DNA of 64,000 nucleotides from an uncultured Candidatus Saccharibacteria bacterium (GTDB lineage Bacteria; Patescibacteriota; Minisyncoccia; Minisyncoccales; Staskawiczbacteraceae): NCBI GenBank assembly GCA_964356545.1, contig CAYHHX010000001.1, positions 1,918 to 65,917 of the forward strand, read 5' to 3'. Shown piece by piece: positions 56,111 to 64,000 of this stretch (position 1 is its first letter; each line of letters starts with the position of its first letter). The notes under the pieces were generated by a model. It saw only the letters and a program-made list of their open reading frames with translations, ran no database searches and was not told where the DNA came from. The position numbers and the translations under genes were made by a program.

Positions 56111-57853
56111 ATGAGCACAGAAGTTTTAAAATTTATAGAAATGTGCCAGTGGGATCCAGCTCGTTTTTTAATTGTATCTGATAATGTATTTGGCCATCTT
56201 GTTTATTATTCTCATTTGTTGCCACTTATTTTATCACTTTTTCTTGTAGGTTTTATTTTTTTAAAGAACAAGAAAAATATTGTGGCGAGATGGCTCATCT
56301 TAACGGTAGCTTTACTTAGTATTTGGCTTTTTTCTGATTTAATACTATGGGCTACTGAAAATCCTACATTTACCATGTTTTTCTGGTCAATTATAAATAT
56401 GATTGAACCAATGATTTATGTTGGAATGCTATTTTTTACCTATACTCTCATTGGTAGGAAAGACATTTCATTGAAAGGAAAAATAATAATTTTTATTCTA
56501 CTATTGCCAACAGTTATTTTAACTCCAACTAGTTTAAATCTTACTCATTATGATCTTTCAAATTGTGACAGAGAAGCGATCGAGGGTCCCCTTGCATTTT
56601 ATGGATACACCATTGAAATTATTTTTTCGCTATGGATTTTGGGATTTGGATTAAAAAGATTTATTGAAGCAAAAATTATTGAAGAAAAGAAAAAAATTGC
56701 TTTATCTATTTTTGGTATCGTATTTTTTTTATTATCTTTTGCTATGGGAAATGTAATAGGAAGTCTTCTTGTAGATTGGACTATTGGGCAATATGGTCTT
56801 TTTGGTATTCCGGTATTCATAGCTCTTCTTGCATATTTAATTATCAGATATAAAACTTTTAATATAAAACTTGTAAGCGCGCAGGTGCTGGTGGCGACGC
56901 TTTGGATTGCCCTTTTTGCGGTACTTTTTGTGAGAACAATTGAAAATGTAAGAGTTATTGTTTCCTTGACTTTAATTCTTTTCCTTATTGTTGGAATTTT
57001 GCTAGTTCGTAGTGTTTTGAGAGAAGTTAAACAAAAAGAGGAAATAGCAAAAATGGCTGAGGATGTTAGGGAAGCCTATGTAGTTGAAAAACAAGCCAAG
57101 GAAGAGCTGGCAAAATTAGATAAAGTTAAAAACCAATTTGTGCAACAAACCCAGCACGACTTGCGTACTCCTTTAACCTCAATTATGGGATATGCAGATT
57201 TGTTGGTAAACGGAACTTTTGGCAAGCAAACTAAAAAAACGGTAGAAGTAATTAAAAAAATGCAAGTGGTGTCGCAAAATATGATAAAAAAGGTTAACGA
57301 CTTTTTGGATATAACGCAGTTTCAGCTGGGGAAGAATCCAGTGCTGTTAAAGCCTGATGTTGAGCTAAAACCAATTTTAAAGGAAATAATAGATGAGTTG
57401 AGTTTTGTGGCAAGTCAAAAAGGAGTGTATTTAAAGATAGAACCTTTTGAATTTAGCCAGGCCTTCGGCTCTAAGTCTCAGGCTCGAAGAGGCAAGAAAC
57501 AAAAAGATTTTATGATTAAAGCAGACAGAGAAAAACTGAAAACAGCGTTGTTTAATATTGTTGATAATTCAATAAAATATACTATCAAAGGGGGAGTCAC
57601 TATTAAAGTTCAAGACGGCAATACGGTAAAAATTATTATCATTGATACCGGAATTGGTATGTCGCCAGAAAGCCTGAAAACATTATTTAACAGGATGTTT
57701 GAAAGAGACGAAAAAGCCAAAGAAGTTGCCGAAGGCAAGGGCATAGGACTATATTTATCTACTCAAATTATCAAAGCCCATAACGGTAAAATCTGGGCAG
57801 AGTCGGAAGGCGAAGGAAAAGGTTCAGTATTCTACATTGAATTACCATTGTAA
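56111..57853 (+). CDS. Sensor histidine kinase (multi-TM sensor, HisKA and HATPase_c).
   Basis: H-box 'QHDLRTPLTSIMGYADLL', N-box 'DNSIKYT' and G-boxes 'DTGIGMSPE' and 'GKGIGLYLS'. N-terminal ~300 aa with 7-8 TM helices. Confidence 0.85.
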   Translation: MSTEVLKFIEMCQWDPARFLIVSDNVFGHLVYYSHLLPLILSLFLVGFIFLKNKKNIVARWLILTVALLSIWLFSDLILWATENPTFTMFFWSIINMIEPMIYVGMLFFTYTLIGRKDISLKGKIIIFILLLPTVILTPTSLNLTHYDLSNCDREAIEGPLAFYGYTIEIIFSLWILGFGLKRFIEAKIIEEKKKIALSIFGIVFFLLSFAMGNVIGSLLVDWTIGQYGLFGIPVFIALLAYLIIRYKTFNIKLVSAQVLVATLWIALFAVLFVRTIENVRVIVSLTLILFLIVGILLVRSVLREVKQKEEIAKMAEDVREAYVVEKQAKEELAKLDKVKNQFVQQTQHDLRTPLTSIMGYADLLVNGTFGKQTKKTVEVIKKMQVVSQNMIKKVNDFLDITQFQLGKNPVLLKPDVELKPILKEIIDELSFVASQKGVYLKIEPFEFSQAFGSKSQARRGKKQKDFMIKADREKLKTALFNIVDNSIKYTIKGGVTIKVQDGNTVKIIIIDTGIGMSPESLKTLFNRMFERDEKAKEVAEGKGIGLYLSTQIIKAHNGKIWAESEGEGKGSVFYIELPL

Positions 57854-57978
57854 AGAACTGCCCTTTAAATTCTGCCTAAATTTTCACAAAGGGGGTCGGG
57901 GAAATTGGGTATTTCCCCGTGTAGGAAATTATTCAAAACCGAGGGTTGTGAAAGAGCGAGGAACGAGCGATAAATTTG

Positions 57979-58040
57979 TGGCGGAGTCGGAAGGCGAAGG
58001 CAAGGGCTCCACTTTTTATGTTGAGTTGCCGGTTGGTTAG
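57979..58040 (+). pseudogene. Tandem diverged duplicate of the last ~20 codons of the histidine kinase.
   Basis: 'VAESEGEGKGSTFYVELPVG*' versus the HK C-terminus 'WAESEGEGKGSVFYIELPL*'. Preceded by the palindrome 'ggggaaattgggtatttcccc' (57897-57917). Confidence 0.5.
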
Positions 58041-58043
58041 GAT

Positions 58044-58517
58044 TTAGATTATTTGTTTTTTGTTGCATATATTTAGAATCTTTTTTGTGCCATCAGAAAT
58101 ATTTAATTTATAAAAATTTTCATCCGATGAATTTAGCAGATAATAATTACTGTGTTCAGACTGGTCTATTTTAATATTACCTGGTTCAGTTTCAATGAAG
58201 AAATTAAATTGTCTTGTCTTCTTGCCGGAACTAGAAGCGTAATCAAATGAACCAAGATAAGCAATAATATCAGTTATTACAAGATTAGTTTCTTCTTTGA
58301 CTTCTCTGGCCAGAGCTTGCAATAAATTTTCATCAGCATTCACGCCGCCACCGGGCAATACCACAAGCCCGCCCAAAAAATCGGATAAAGCTCTTTCTAA
58401 AAGTAAAAACTTATCATTATTTTTAATAACCGCTCTTACCACAATTTTTTGAATATTGTCTTTTTTTGCTTGTTCCAGTAATTTTTGAATTGTTTTTTTG
58501 GATATATTTGACTTCAT
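58044..58517 (-). CDS. NUDIX hydrolase.
   Basis: Nudix box 'LPGGGVNADENLLQALAREVKEETNL'. Confidence 0.7.
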   Translation of the reverse strand: MKSNISKKTIQKLLEQAKKDNIQKIVVRAVIKNNDKFLLLERALSDFLGGLVVLPGGGVNADENLLQALAREVKEETNLVITDIIAYLGSFDYASSSGKKTRQFNFFIETEPGNIKIDQSEHSNYYLLNSSDENFYKLNISDGTKKILNICNKKQII

Positions 58518-58655
58518 AAAATTTAGTTTTCTAATTATACCATCTACATTATTCTAAAACAAACACGATATAAATATAAAAAATGGCTTGATAAAGGTGT
58601 TTGACAATGATATGCTGAAAACAGAAGGGAGGCAAACAACCTCTCTAAAGCCACT

Positions 58656-58943
58656 TTGCTGGTGGCAATTCAAACAGTGTGTATGAGCGAAAGGGGCGTT
58701 CACTATTATCCTTCCTATGAAATGGTTCAAGCACTTGTGGAACATGCCCATCCCGTCCTTCAAAAAGATGGACGACATGTGACTGCCAGTGTTATTGATT
58801 TCATTTCTAGAAAGTTTATAGATGCGTATGGCAAAGGAATTCAAGAGAAGGATATCTTATCGAAGTTTTGGGTACCCTTGGTTGATGAGAACGGTAAAAT
58901 CATCGGGAAACTATACACCGATGGAATAACCGAAGTTGACTAG
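58656..58943 (+). CDS. Hypothetical protein.
   Basis: 95-aa ORF downstream of the conserved promoter-like 60-bp repeat (58553-58613). Confidence 0.35.
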   Translation: MLVAIQTVCMSERGVHYYPSYEMVQALVEHAHPVLQKDGRHVTASVIDFISRKFIDAYGKGIQEKDILSKFWVPLVDENGKIIGKLYTDGITEVD

Positions 58944-59026
58944 AAAAATATGAGGCACTTTTTGCAAGGGTGCCTTTTTATTTAAAAGCATTTATAAAAT
59001 TAAATTTTAGTGGTATATTTATTTAT

Positions 59027-59491
59027 ATGAATTATCCAAAACACATTGTAGCCACTGCTTCCTTGGTATGTAATAAAAATAACCAGGTTTTGCTAGTTAA
59101 AACAAAAAGGCGAGGATGGGAAATGCCAGGCGGGGTCATTGAAGAAGGCGAAGATGTTGCCTCGGCTTTAAAAAGAGAAACTTTAGAAGAAGCTGGTGTT
59201 ACTATAACTATCAAAAAATTTGTTGCGTTTTATTCCAATATTAAAGACAGTATCGTGATTTTAGATTTTATCTCAGAATGCGAAGGAGGTCTTCCAAAAA
59301 ACGTAAAAGATATTATTGATGACAATGAAATAACGGACGTGGCTTGGTTTTCTAAAGAAGATGCGATGGTAAACGTAACCGACAAGATTATGTCTTATAG
59401 ATTAAAATGGTTATTAGAAAACAAAAATAATGTACGTTATGCATATTATTCCAAAGATCCTTTTAAAGTGATATCAGAGACTGTCTTCTAA
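59027..59491 (+). CDS. NUDIX hydrolase.
   Basis: Nudix box 'GWEMPGGVIEEGEDVASALKRETLEEAGV'. Start at Met 59027. Confidence 0.75.
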   Translation: MNYPKHIVATASLVCNKNNQVLLVKTKRRGWEMPGGVIEEGEDVASALKRETLEEAGVTITIKKFVAFYSNIKDSIVILDFISECEGGLPKNVKDIIDDNEITDVAWFSKEDAMVNVTDKIMSYRLKWLLENKNNVRYAYYSKDPFKVISETVF

Positions 59492-59637
59492 TATTTTTAT
59501 CTAAAGTATAGTAATTCAATTTTAATTAAAATTTACCATCTCCATCTCCATGTTCGGAACATTCATAAACCAAGTTCCCGCCAAGAGGCGAGGAGGCTCG
59601 CCCAATTCATGGGCGGCTAATATTGGACCACTAACTG

Positions 59638-59663
59638 GGAAATGGGGACAGCCACTATTATTA
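59638..59663. repeat. REP element.
   Basis: 'gggaaatggggacagccactattatt'. Confidence 0.6.
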
Positions 59664-59689
59664 GAAATGAAATATAAAATATACGCCAA

Positions 59690-59975
59690 AAGGGGGAGTG
59701 GATATAAAATTTCAAACTAACGAGGCAAAAAATAATAATAGTGTAAAAATTATAGTGTCCGACACTGGAATCGGCATTCCTCCAGAAAAAATTAAAACTT
59801 TGTTTGAAACAACATTTGAAAGGGGAGAAGAAGCTAAAAAATGGCCACTGTAGGCAGTGGCGTTGGACTATATTTATCTACTCAAATTATCAAAGCCCAT
59901 AACGGCAAAATCTGGGCGGAGTCGCCTGGCGAGGGCAAGGTTTCTGTTTTTTAGTTGAGCTACCATCGGAGTAAA
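59690..59975 (+). pseudogene. Histidine-kinase HATPase_c fragment (frameshifted pseudogene), paralogous to the 3' end of 56111..57853.
   Basis: Encodes '...VSDTGIGIPPEKIKTLFE...GSGVGLYLSTQIIKAHNGKIWAES.GEGKGSV' with internal stops or frameshifts. The stretch 'ggactatatttatctactcaaattatcaaagcccataacgg.aaaatctgggc' is nearly identical to 57744-57795. Confidence 0.6.
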
Positions 59976-60018
59976 AATTTGATTTTTTATTTTTAAAGGT
60001 ATAGAATAAAATAAATTT

Positions 60019-60210
60019 ATGGTTACAAAAATAGACAGCCAAAAACAAAATAAGGATATGAAAGATGTATTTGCAGAATTAAAATCTATAAAAAATCAGC
60101 TGGCAAAGCTTTTATTTTTGATTCCTGAAGAATCTTTAAAGGGATATAAAAATACAAATCAAATTAAAAAAGATTACTTAGAGGCATTAAATAATTTTCC
60201 TCCCGAATAA
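60019..60210 (+). CDS. Hypothetical small protein.
   Basis: 63-aa ORF. No motif. Confidence 0.25.
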   Translation: MVTKIDSQKQNKDMKDVFAELKSIKNQLAKLLFLIPEESLKGYKNTNQIKKDYLEALNNFPPE

Positions 60211-60234
60211 ATTTTATCAACAAATAACTTAAGA

Positions 60235-61281
60235 ATGATTATTTGTAAAACAGAGAACTTTTTTAATCATTTGGCGAAATTGCCGGGCGATATTAAAAAA
60301 GTTTACGGCAAGCAAGAAGCGATATTTAAAGTAAACTGGCTTGATTCTCGTTTACATTCCAAAAGAATCAAAGAATTAATTGAAAAGTTTGATAAAAAGG
60401 TTTACGTTATCAGTTCTCAAAATCGTTTTGCAATAAAAGTTGCTCGAGCTAATAGTGTTCCATGCGCTTTCTTAGATGGTCTTTCGTGGTTTTGGAAAAA
60501 AATTCCAGATGACCACCTTATTGCGGATATTATTTTTTGGATCAACTATCCAAATATAACTAAGAAAATTCCCGTAAAATTAACTGATAAAATTTTTATA
60601 ATTCACGGTATAACTGAACAAGTTGGGAAGTCTATTAAAAAGCGTAGAAAAGGTGAAACACTAATGTATATTGGTGGTTGTAATAATCCACTTACTGACC
60701 ATCCAACTCATTATTTAGATTTATTAACAGAATTAATTATTTTTATAAAAAGAAAAGGGATAAATATGGAACTATCTACAGACCTTAACTCAAAAACATA
60801 TTTAAAGAAATATTCCGAAGTATTTAATATAATAAAAATATACGATCATAGTAGTTTTATAAATAAGTTATCTATTACAGGTAAATTTATCACAAATGGA
60901 GGACAAACTGCTTTTTTGGAAGCCGCACATGTAGATACGATTATTTCTTTTTTTCTACCCATAAATTTAAGTCAATTTTCTTTAATTAATAATCTCGCAT
61001 CAATTAAAATGGAATTTTCAGGTTTACGATGGGAAAACTATATCAAGTTACCGAAAACTTTTTATCAATATAGTGAAAAAGATGCCATTAATTTTTTAAA
61101 TAAACAATCTTTAAAGATTATCAAAACCCCAAAAATACTCGAAAAAGTTTGTAATGATTTTTACGATTTATTAGTATTATCAGTTCATAGTGGAGATCAA
61201 AAAAAATTTAGCACTATCATCGGTTCATCTGGCGCAGAAGATATATTTAAAATAATAAAAAAGAGTTGGGGTTTAAAATAG
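60235..61281 (+). CDS. GT-B-fold glycosyltransferase-like protein (MurG/MGT-like C-terminal domain).
   Basis: 'GKFITNGGQTAFLEAAHVDTIISFFLP...SQ' resembles the conserved GT-B nucleotide-sugar binding segment (xTHGGxGTxxEAxxxGxPxxxxPxxxDQ). Confidence 0.4.
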   Translation: MIICKTENFFNHLAKLPGDIKKVYGKQEAIFKVNWLDSRLHSKRIKELIEKFDKKVYVISSQNRFAIKVARANSVPCAFLDGLSWFWKKIPDDHLIADIIFWINYPNITKKIPVKLTDKIFIIHGITEQVGKSIKKRRKGETLMYIGGCNNPLTDHPTHYLDLLTELIIFIKRKGINMELSTDLNSKTYLKKYSEVFNIIKIYDHSSFINKLSITGKFITNGGQTAFLEAAHVDTIISFFLPINLSQFSLINNLASIKMEFSGLRWENYIKLPKTFYQYSEKDAINFLNKQSLKIIKTPKILEKVCNDFYDLLVLSVHSGDQKKFSTIIGSSGAEDIFKIIKKSWGLK

Positions 61282-61288
61282 AAAAACT

Positions 61289-62278
61289 ATGGAAAAAGAA
61301 ACTGTTTTAAAAAGAGGGGATACGATAGCAGTTATTGCTCCCTCAGAATCTTTAAAGAAAATATCTTCAATTAAAAAATTGGCAGAGGAACGGTTTTTGC
61401 ATGAATTCGGAATTAAAATAAAATATGGGAAAAATGGAGCGAAGACTGATTTATTGGGTTCTTCTTCTATTTTATCAAGAATTGATGATCTTCATGAAGC
61501 ATTTAAAAATCCTAAAATTAAGGCAATTATATGCGCCACCGGGGGATATAATGCCAATGATCTTTTGCCCCATATTGATTGGGAGGTTATTCGGCAAAAT
61601 CCCAAACCATTTATCGGGTCATCGGATATTACCGTATTATTGAATGCTATTTATGCAAAGACCTCGATAACAACATATTTTAGTCCAAATTTTTATAAAT
61701 TTGGCATGAAGCTTGGATTTGACTACACGATTGAGTATTTTAAAAAGTGTATGATGTCTTCTGAATCTTATATTATTGAAAAAACTAAATCTTGGAGTAA
61801 TGATAAGTGGTATAAAAATCAAGACAAGCGAGTGTTTAATAACAATACCGGATATATCGTATGCCAGGAGGGTGAGGCTAAAGGAACTATTATTGGTGGC
61901 AATCTTTCTTCGTTAAATTTATTACAGGGCACCGAATGTATGCCAAGTTTTGATGGGGTAGTTTTATTTTTAGAAGACGATGACTTGGCTGGAGAATTTA
62001 CTTTTGGCGAATTTAATCGGAATTTACAATCACTGTTACAGCTACCATCGGCAAAAAATATTATGGGAATTGTATTGGGAAGATTTCCTGTGGAATCAAT
62101 GATGACCGAGGAAAAAATACGATGGTTGTTTGATTCAAAACCGGTATTAAGACATATTCCCATTGTTGCTAATGTTGATTTTGGTCACACTGATCCATCA
62201 TGTATATTTCCTATTGGTGGAAAGGCAAAGATTAAAATTTATCAAAAAAATACAACGATTGAAATTAGTCGTCATTAA
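61289..62278 (+). CDS. LD-carboxypeptidase (peptidase S66, LdcA/MccF-like).
   Basis: 'IICATGGYNANDLLPHIDW' and nucleophile motif 'GSSDITVLLNAIY'. C-terminal His region 'DFGHTDP'. Confidence 0.7.
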   Translation: MEKETVLKRGDTIAVIAPSESLKKISSIKKLAEERFLHEFGIKIKYGKNGAKTDLLGSSSILSRIDDLHEAFKNPKIKAIICATGGYNANDLLPHIDWEVIRQNPKPFIGSSDITVLLNAIYAKTSITTYFSPNFYKFGMKLGFDYTIEYFKKCMMSSESYIIEKTKSWSNDKWYKNQDKRVFNNNTGYIVCQEGEAKGTIIGGNLSSLNLLQGTECMPSFDGVVLFLEDDDLAGEFTFGEFNRNLQSLLQLPSAKNIMGIVLGRFPVESMMTEEKIRWLFDSKPVLRHIPIVANVDFGHTDPSCIFPIGGKAKIKIYQKNTTIEISRH

Positions 62279-62321
62279 TAAAAAAATGCACGTTGCTTGA
62301 ACGTGCATCTGTATCATGGTT

Positions 62322-63383
62322 TTAACCATAATACTGAGAAAGATCTGATGCGATAAGCTCAATCGCATTTTGCGAAGTTAAATCCAGTGGTCCATTCTCA
62401 ATCACACTTTTCTTCATGAAAAGTAGATTTACAATGTACCATGGCAAGTCTTCACTGGTTACAGTATATGTTTTGTGGTTTTGATAATTTGGGACTTCAT
62501 CAAAACGCAAAACACTTCCATCTCCACGAGTTGTAAGAAACGGGAGATATCCTGCGATGCCAAGATTTTTATTGATACCATGACCATAGGGATGTTCTTC
62601 GATCCAACTCTCGAGTTTTAGCCATCCCTTGAGGATCATTTTGCTTGCTGCTTCATAGATTACCCCCGAAGATGTGATTCCAAGAATGTCCAGCCAAAAG
62701 CCGGTATACATCAACTCAACTTTGGCGAAACTTCTGTCGCAAGCCCTGAAGGTTTGATTAAGCATCCTTTCCCAAATGCGCAAAGATAAGCTCAACTCAC
62801 CGGAGATATCTGAAGTGTAGACTACAGAAGTCTCTCCCTTGTATCCCATGCATTTCAGGTAGCGTGTCAAAGCTGGGTGACCTTGACTTGCATGAACGTC
62901 TTTCAGTACAGACTGGACACATTCCCGATTAAATCCAGTGTAGTCGGAAAGCCTATCAGCAAAGAAGCTGTCTTCGGAAACATAGACAATCTTCTTGCAA
63001 CAATTTGGAGGCACTCCCACGGCATCATGAATTTGATCAATTCTAGGATGCCACGAGCGGTACCACACCTCGAAGTCGCCGACAGAATTGAAGGTAATTT
63101 CCCTCTTGGAAATCCGCTTCATTTCGGATGTGTTGAGAAGACACATTCCACCAAGAATCGTTGTGTTATTTAGGTCTAAGGGAAGTTTTGGCCCAAATTT
63201 CTGCGGGAACTTCACTGTAATAATTTTATTTACAGATGAGCCGTTCCAAAAATTTGGAACATCATTTTGCCCGCAAGCAACCCTTGTTAACATCGATTTG
63301 GAAAATGCCACAGCCTGATCCTGAGAGCTTGCCCAAGTCATTAGTCCGTTCATGATAGACGCCTTTGTAAAAGAGATTGTCAT
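62322..63383 (-). CDS. Hypothetical protein (G+C-rich orphan).
   Basis: 353-aa ORF with its own terminator ('atgcacgttcaagcaacgtgcatttttttat' on the minus strand, 62283-62312). A RAYT 3' remnant and a REP lie upstream (63452-63517). Confidence 0.45.
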   Translation of the reverse strand: MTISFTKASIMNGLMTWASSQDQAVAFSKSMLTRVACGQNDVPNFWNGSSVNKIITVKFPQKFGPKLPLDLNNTTILGGMCLLNTSEMKRISKREITFNSVGDFEVWYRSWHPRIDQIHDAVGVPPNCCKKIVYVSEDSFFADRLSDYTGFNRECVQSVLKDVHASQGHPALTRYLKCMGYKGETSVVYTSDISGELSLSLRIWERMLNQTFRACDRSFAKVELMYTGFWLDILGITSSGVIYEAASKMILKGWLKLESWIEEHPYGHGINKNLGIAGYLPFLTTRGDGSVLRFDEVPNYQNHKTYTVTSEDLPWYIVNLLFMKKSVIENGPLDLTSQNAIELIASDLSQYYG

Positions 63384-63451
63384 AACTCAGCGTTGATGTT
63401 AATCTATTATATTATTACTATTTTGTCAAGAATAGTTAAAAAATTCGGGCT

Positions 63452-63517
63452 AGAACAAACGTTACGGGGAGTGGGGAGGCCAAAGAAATAACGGAGATGG
63501 TGACTGTCCTCATTTCC
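63452..63517. repeat. Remnant of a RAYT 3' end plus a REP (a solo 'scar' of a transposase copy).
   Basis: 'gaacaaacgttacggggagtggggaggccaaagaaataacggagatggtgactgtcctcatttcc' versus the RAYT 3' end at 23020-23078 'gagcaaacattaagaagggtggggaggccaaagaatggtggctgaccctaatttcc'. Confidence 0.6.
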
Positions 63518-63618
63518 TCTAAAACAAACACGATATAAATACAAAAAGTGGCTTGATAAAGGTGTTTGACAATGATATGTTAGAAAAGATTACGAAATTC
63601 TATATTTAAAGTCAAAAC

Positions 63619-64000
63619 ATGAAATTCAATTTTAAAATATCAAAACTTAATAACTTTTACTTTTTTGTTTCCAATTTAACGGAGTTTCATTTTTCTTGCC
63701 GTCCGCATTTTAATAAAGATTGGATAAAAGCTACCGGAGAGTTAAGTCAAGAAGAAAAATTGGCTATACTTGAATTGAAACCTATTTTTAAAAAATATGG
63801 GTTCGTTTTTAAAAATAATAAATCTCTTTATTTAGGAAAATATTTTTATTGCCCGGAAGATAAGGATAAGTGGAATATTCTCAAAGAATATGTTACTGAG
63901 GCAGAATATAAAAAATTATCTGATGGCTTTGAGGTGTTTGAAAGCCGTTTCAACAAATTATATAAGGAAAACTTGCTGCAAAGCTGGAAAGCTACTTTGG
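63619..64000 (+). CDS. Hypothetical protein (partial, runs off the window end).
   Basis: Open frame from ATG 63619 to the window edge, downstream of the conserved 60-bp promoter-like repeat (63518-63579). Confidence 0.35.
   Translation, partial: MKFNFKISKLNNFYFFVSNLTEFHFSCRPHFNKDWIKATGELSQEEKLAILELKPIFKKYGFVFKNNKSLYLGKYFYCPEDKDKWNILKEYVTEAEYKKLSDGFEVFESRFNKLYKENLLQSWKATL

Noticed and set aside
1-64000. rRNA genes, integrase or phage structural genes, toxin-antitoxin pairs
   Set aside because: No 16S/23S/5S-like conserved blocks and no integrase, recombinase or capsid motifs were seen. The only mobile-element enzyme recognised is the IS200-like RAYT pair.

Overview
This is an A+T-rich window (G+C looks like roughly 30% by eye) with short, tightly packed genes, a two-gene split transketolase and many small hypothetical proteins. 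That pattern is consistent with a reduced-genome Patescibacteria/CPR-like bacterium; this is an inference and no database search was run. Recognisable housekeeping genes: pgk, a DHH/DHHA1 phosphoesterase, a Fic protein, RNase HI, RNase P RNA, murJ, lepA, tRNA-Met and tRNA-Asp, ppa, rpiB, rpe, split transketolase, a PfkB kinase, class I FBP aldolase, nadE, maf, cysS, a guanylate-kinase-like gene, a sensor histidine kinase, a SET-domain protein, and five NUDIX paralogs alongside Maf, YjjX-like, HIT and CYTH genes.

Overlaid on this is a striking accessory layer:
1. A REP element family of ~22-nt imperfect palindromes (GGAAATGGGGACAGCCACCATTT and its reverse complement) occurs at least 17 times. 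It is physically linked to a tandem pair of IS200-like HuH 'REP-associated tyrosine transposase' genes, one of which is truncated by a REP.
2. A ~230-bp unit is repeated four times. Each copy has a sigma70-like promoter, a conserved ~46-49 codon ORF that appears to be under purifying selection, and a strong intrinsic terminator sitting ~18 nt before the next gene's start codon. Two copies are followed by REP-truncated 5' fragments of a pyruvoyl AdoMet-decarboxylase-like gene.
3. A secreted 2126-aa gene fuses SpvB, FG-GAP-like repeats, RHS/YD repeats, an RHS core ending in DPxGL, and a GHSxG alpha/beta-hydrolase C-terminal toxin. A small membrane-protein gene (candidate immunity protein) follows it.
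4. Several G+C-rich islands are bounded by REPs. The one at 6.6-7.5 kb has a perfect TTGACA-N17-TATAAT promoter, a 16-bp hairpin in the 5'UTR, two ORFs joined in frame across a single TAG, and a perfect terminator.
5. An extremely A+T-rich block (46-53 kb), punctuated by the 230-bp units, encodes an HprK-like P-loop protein, a cupin, a class-II aaRS-like paralog, a radical SAM enzyme with a C-terminal Cys cluster, and a large orphan protein. I flag it as a candidate novel peptide/aminoacyl-modification system.

No CRISPR array, rRNA gene or integrase was seen.
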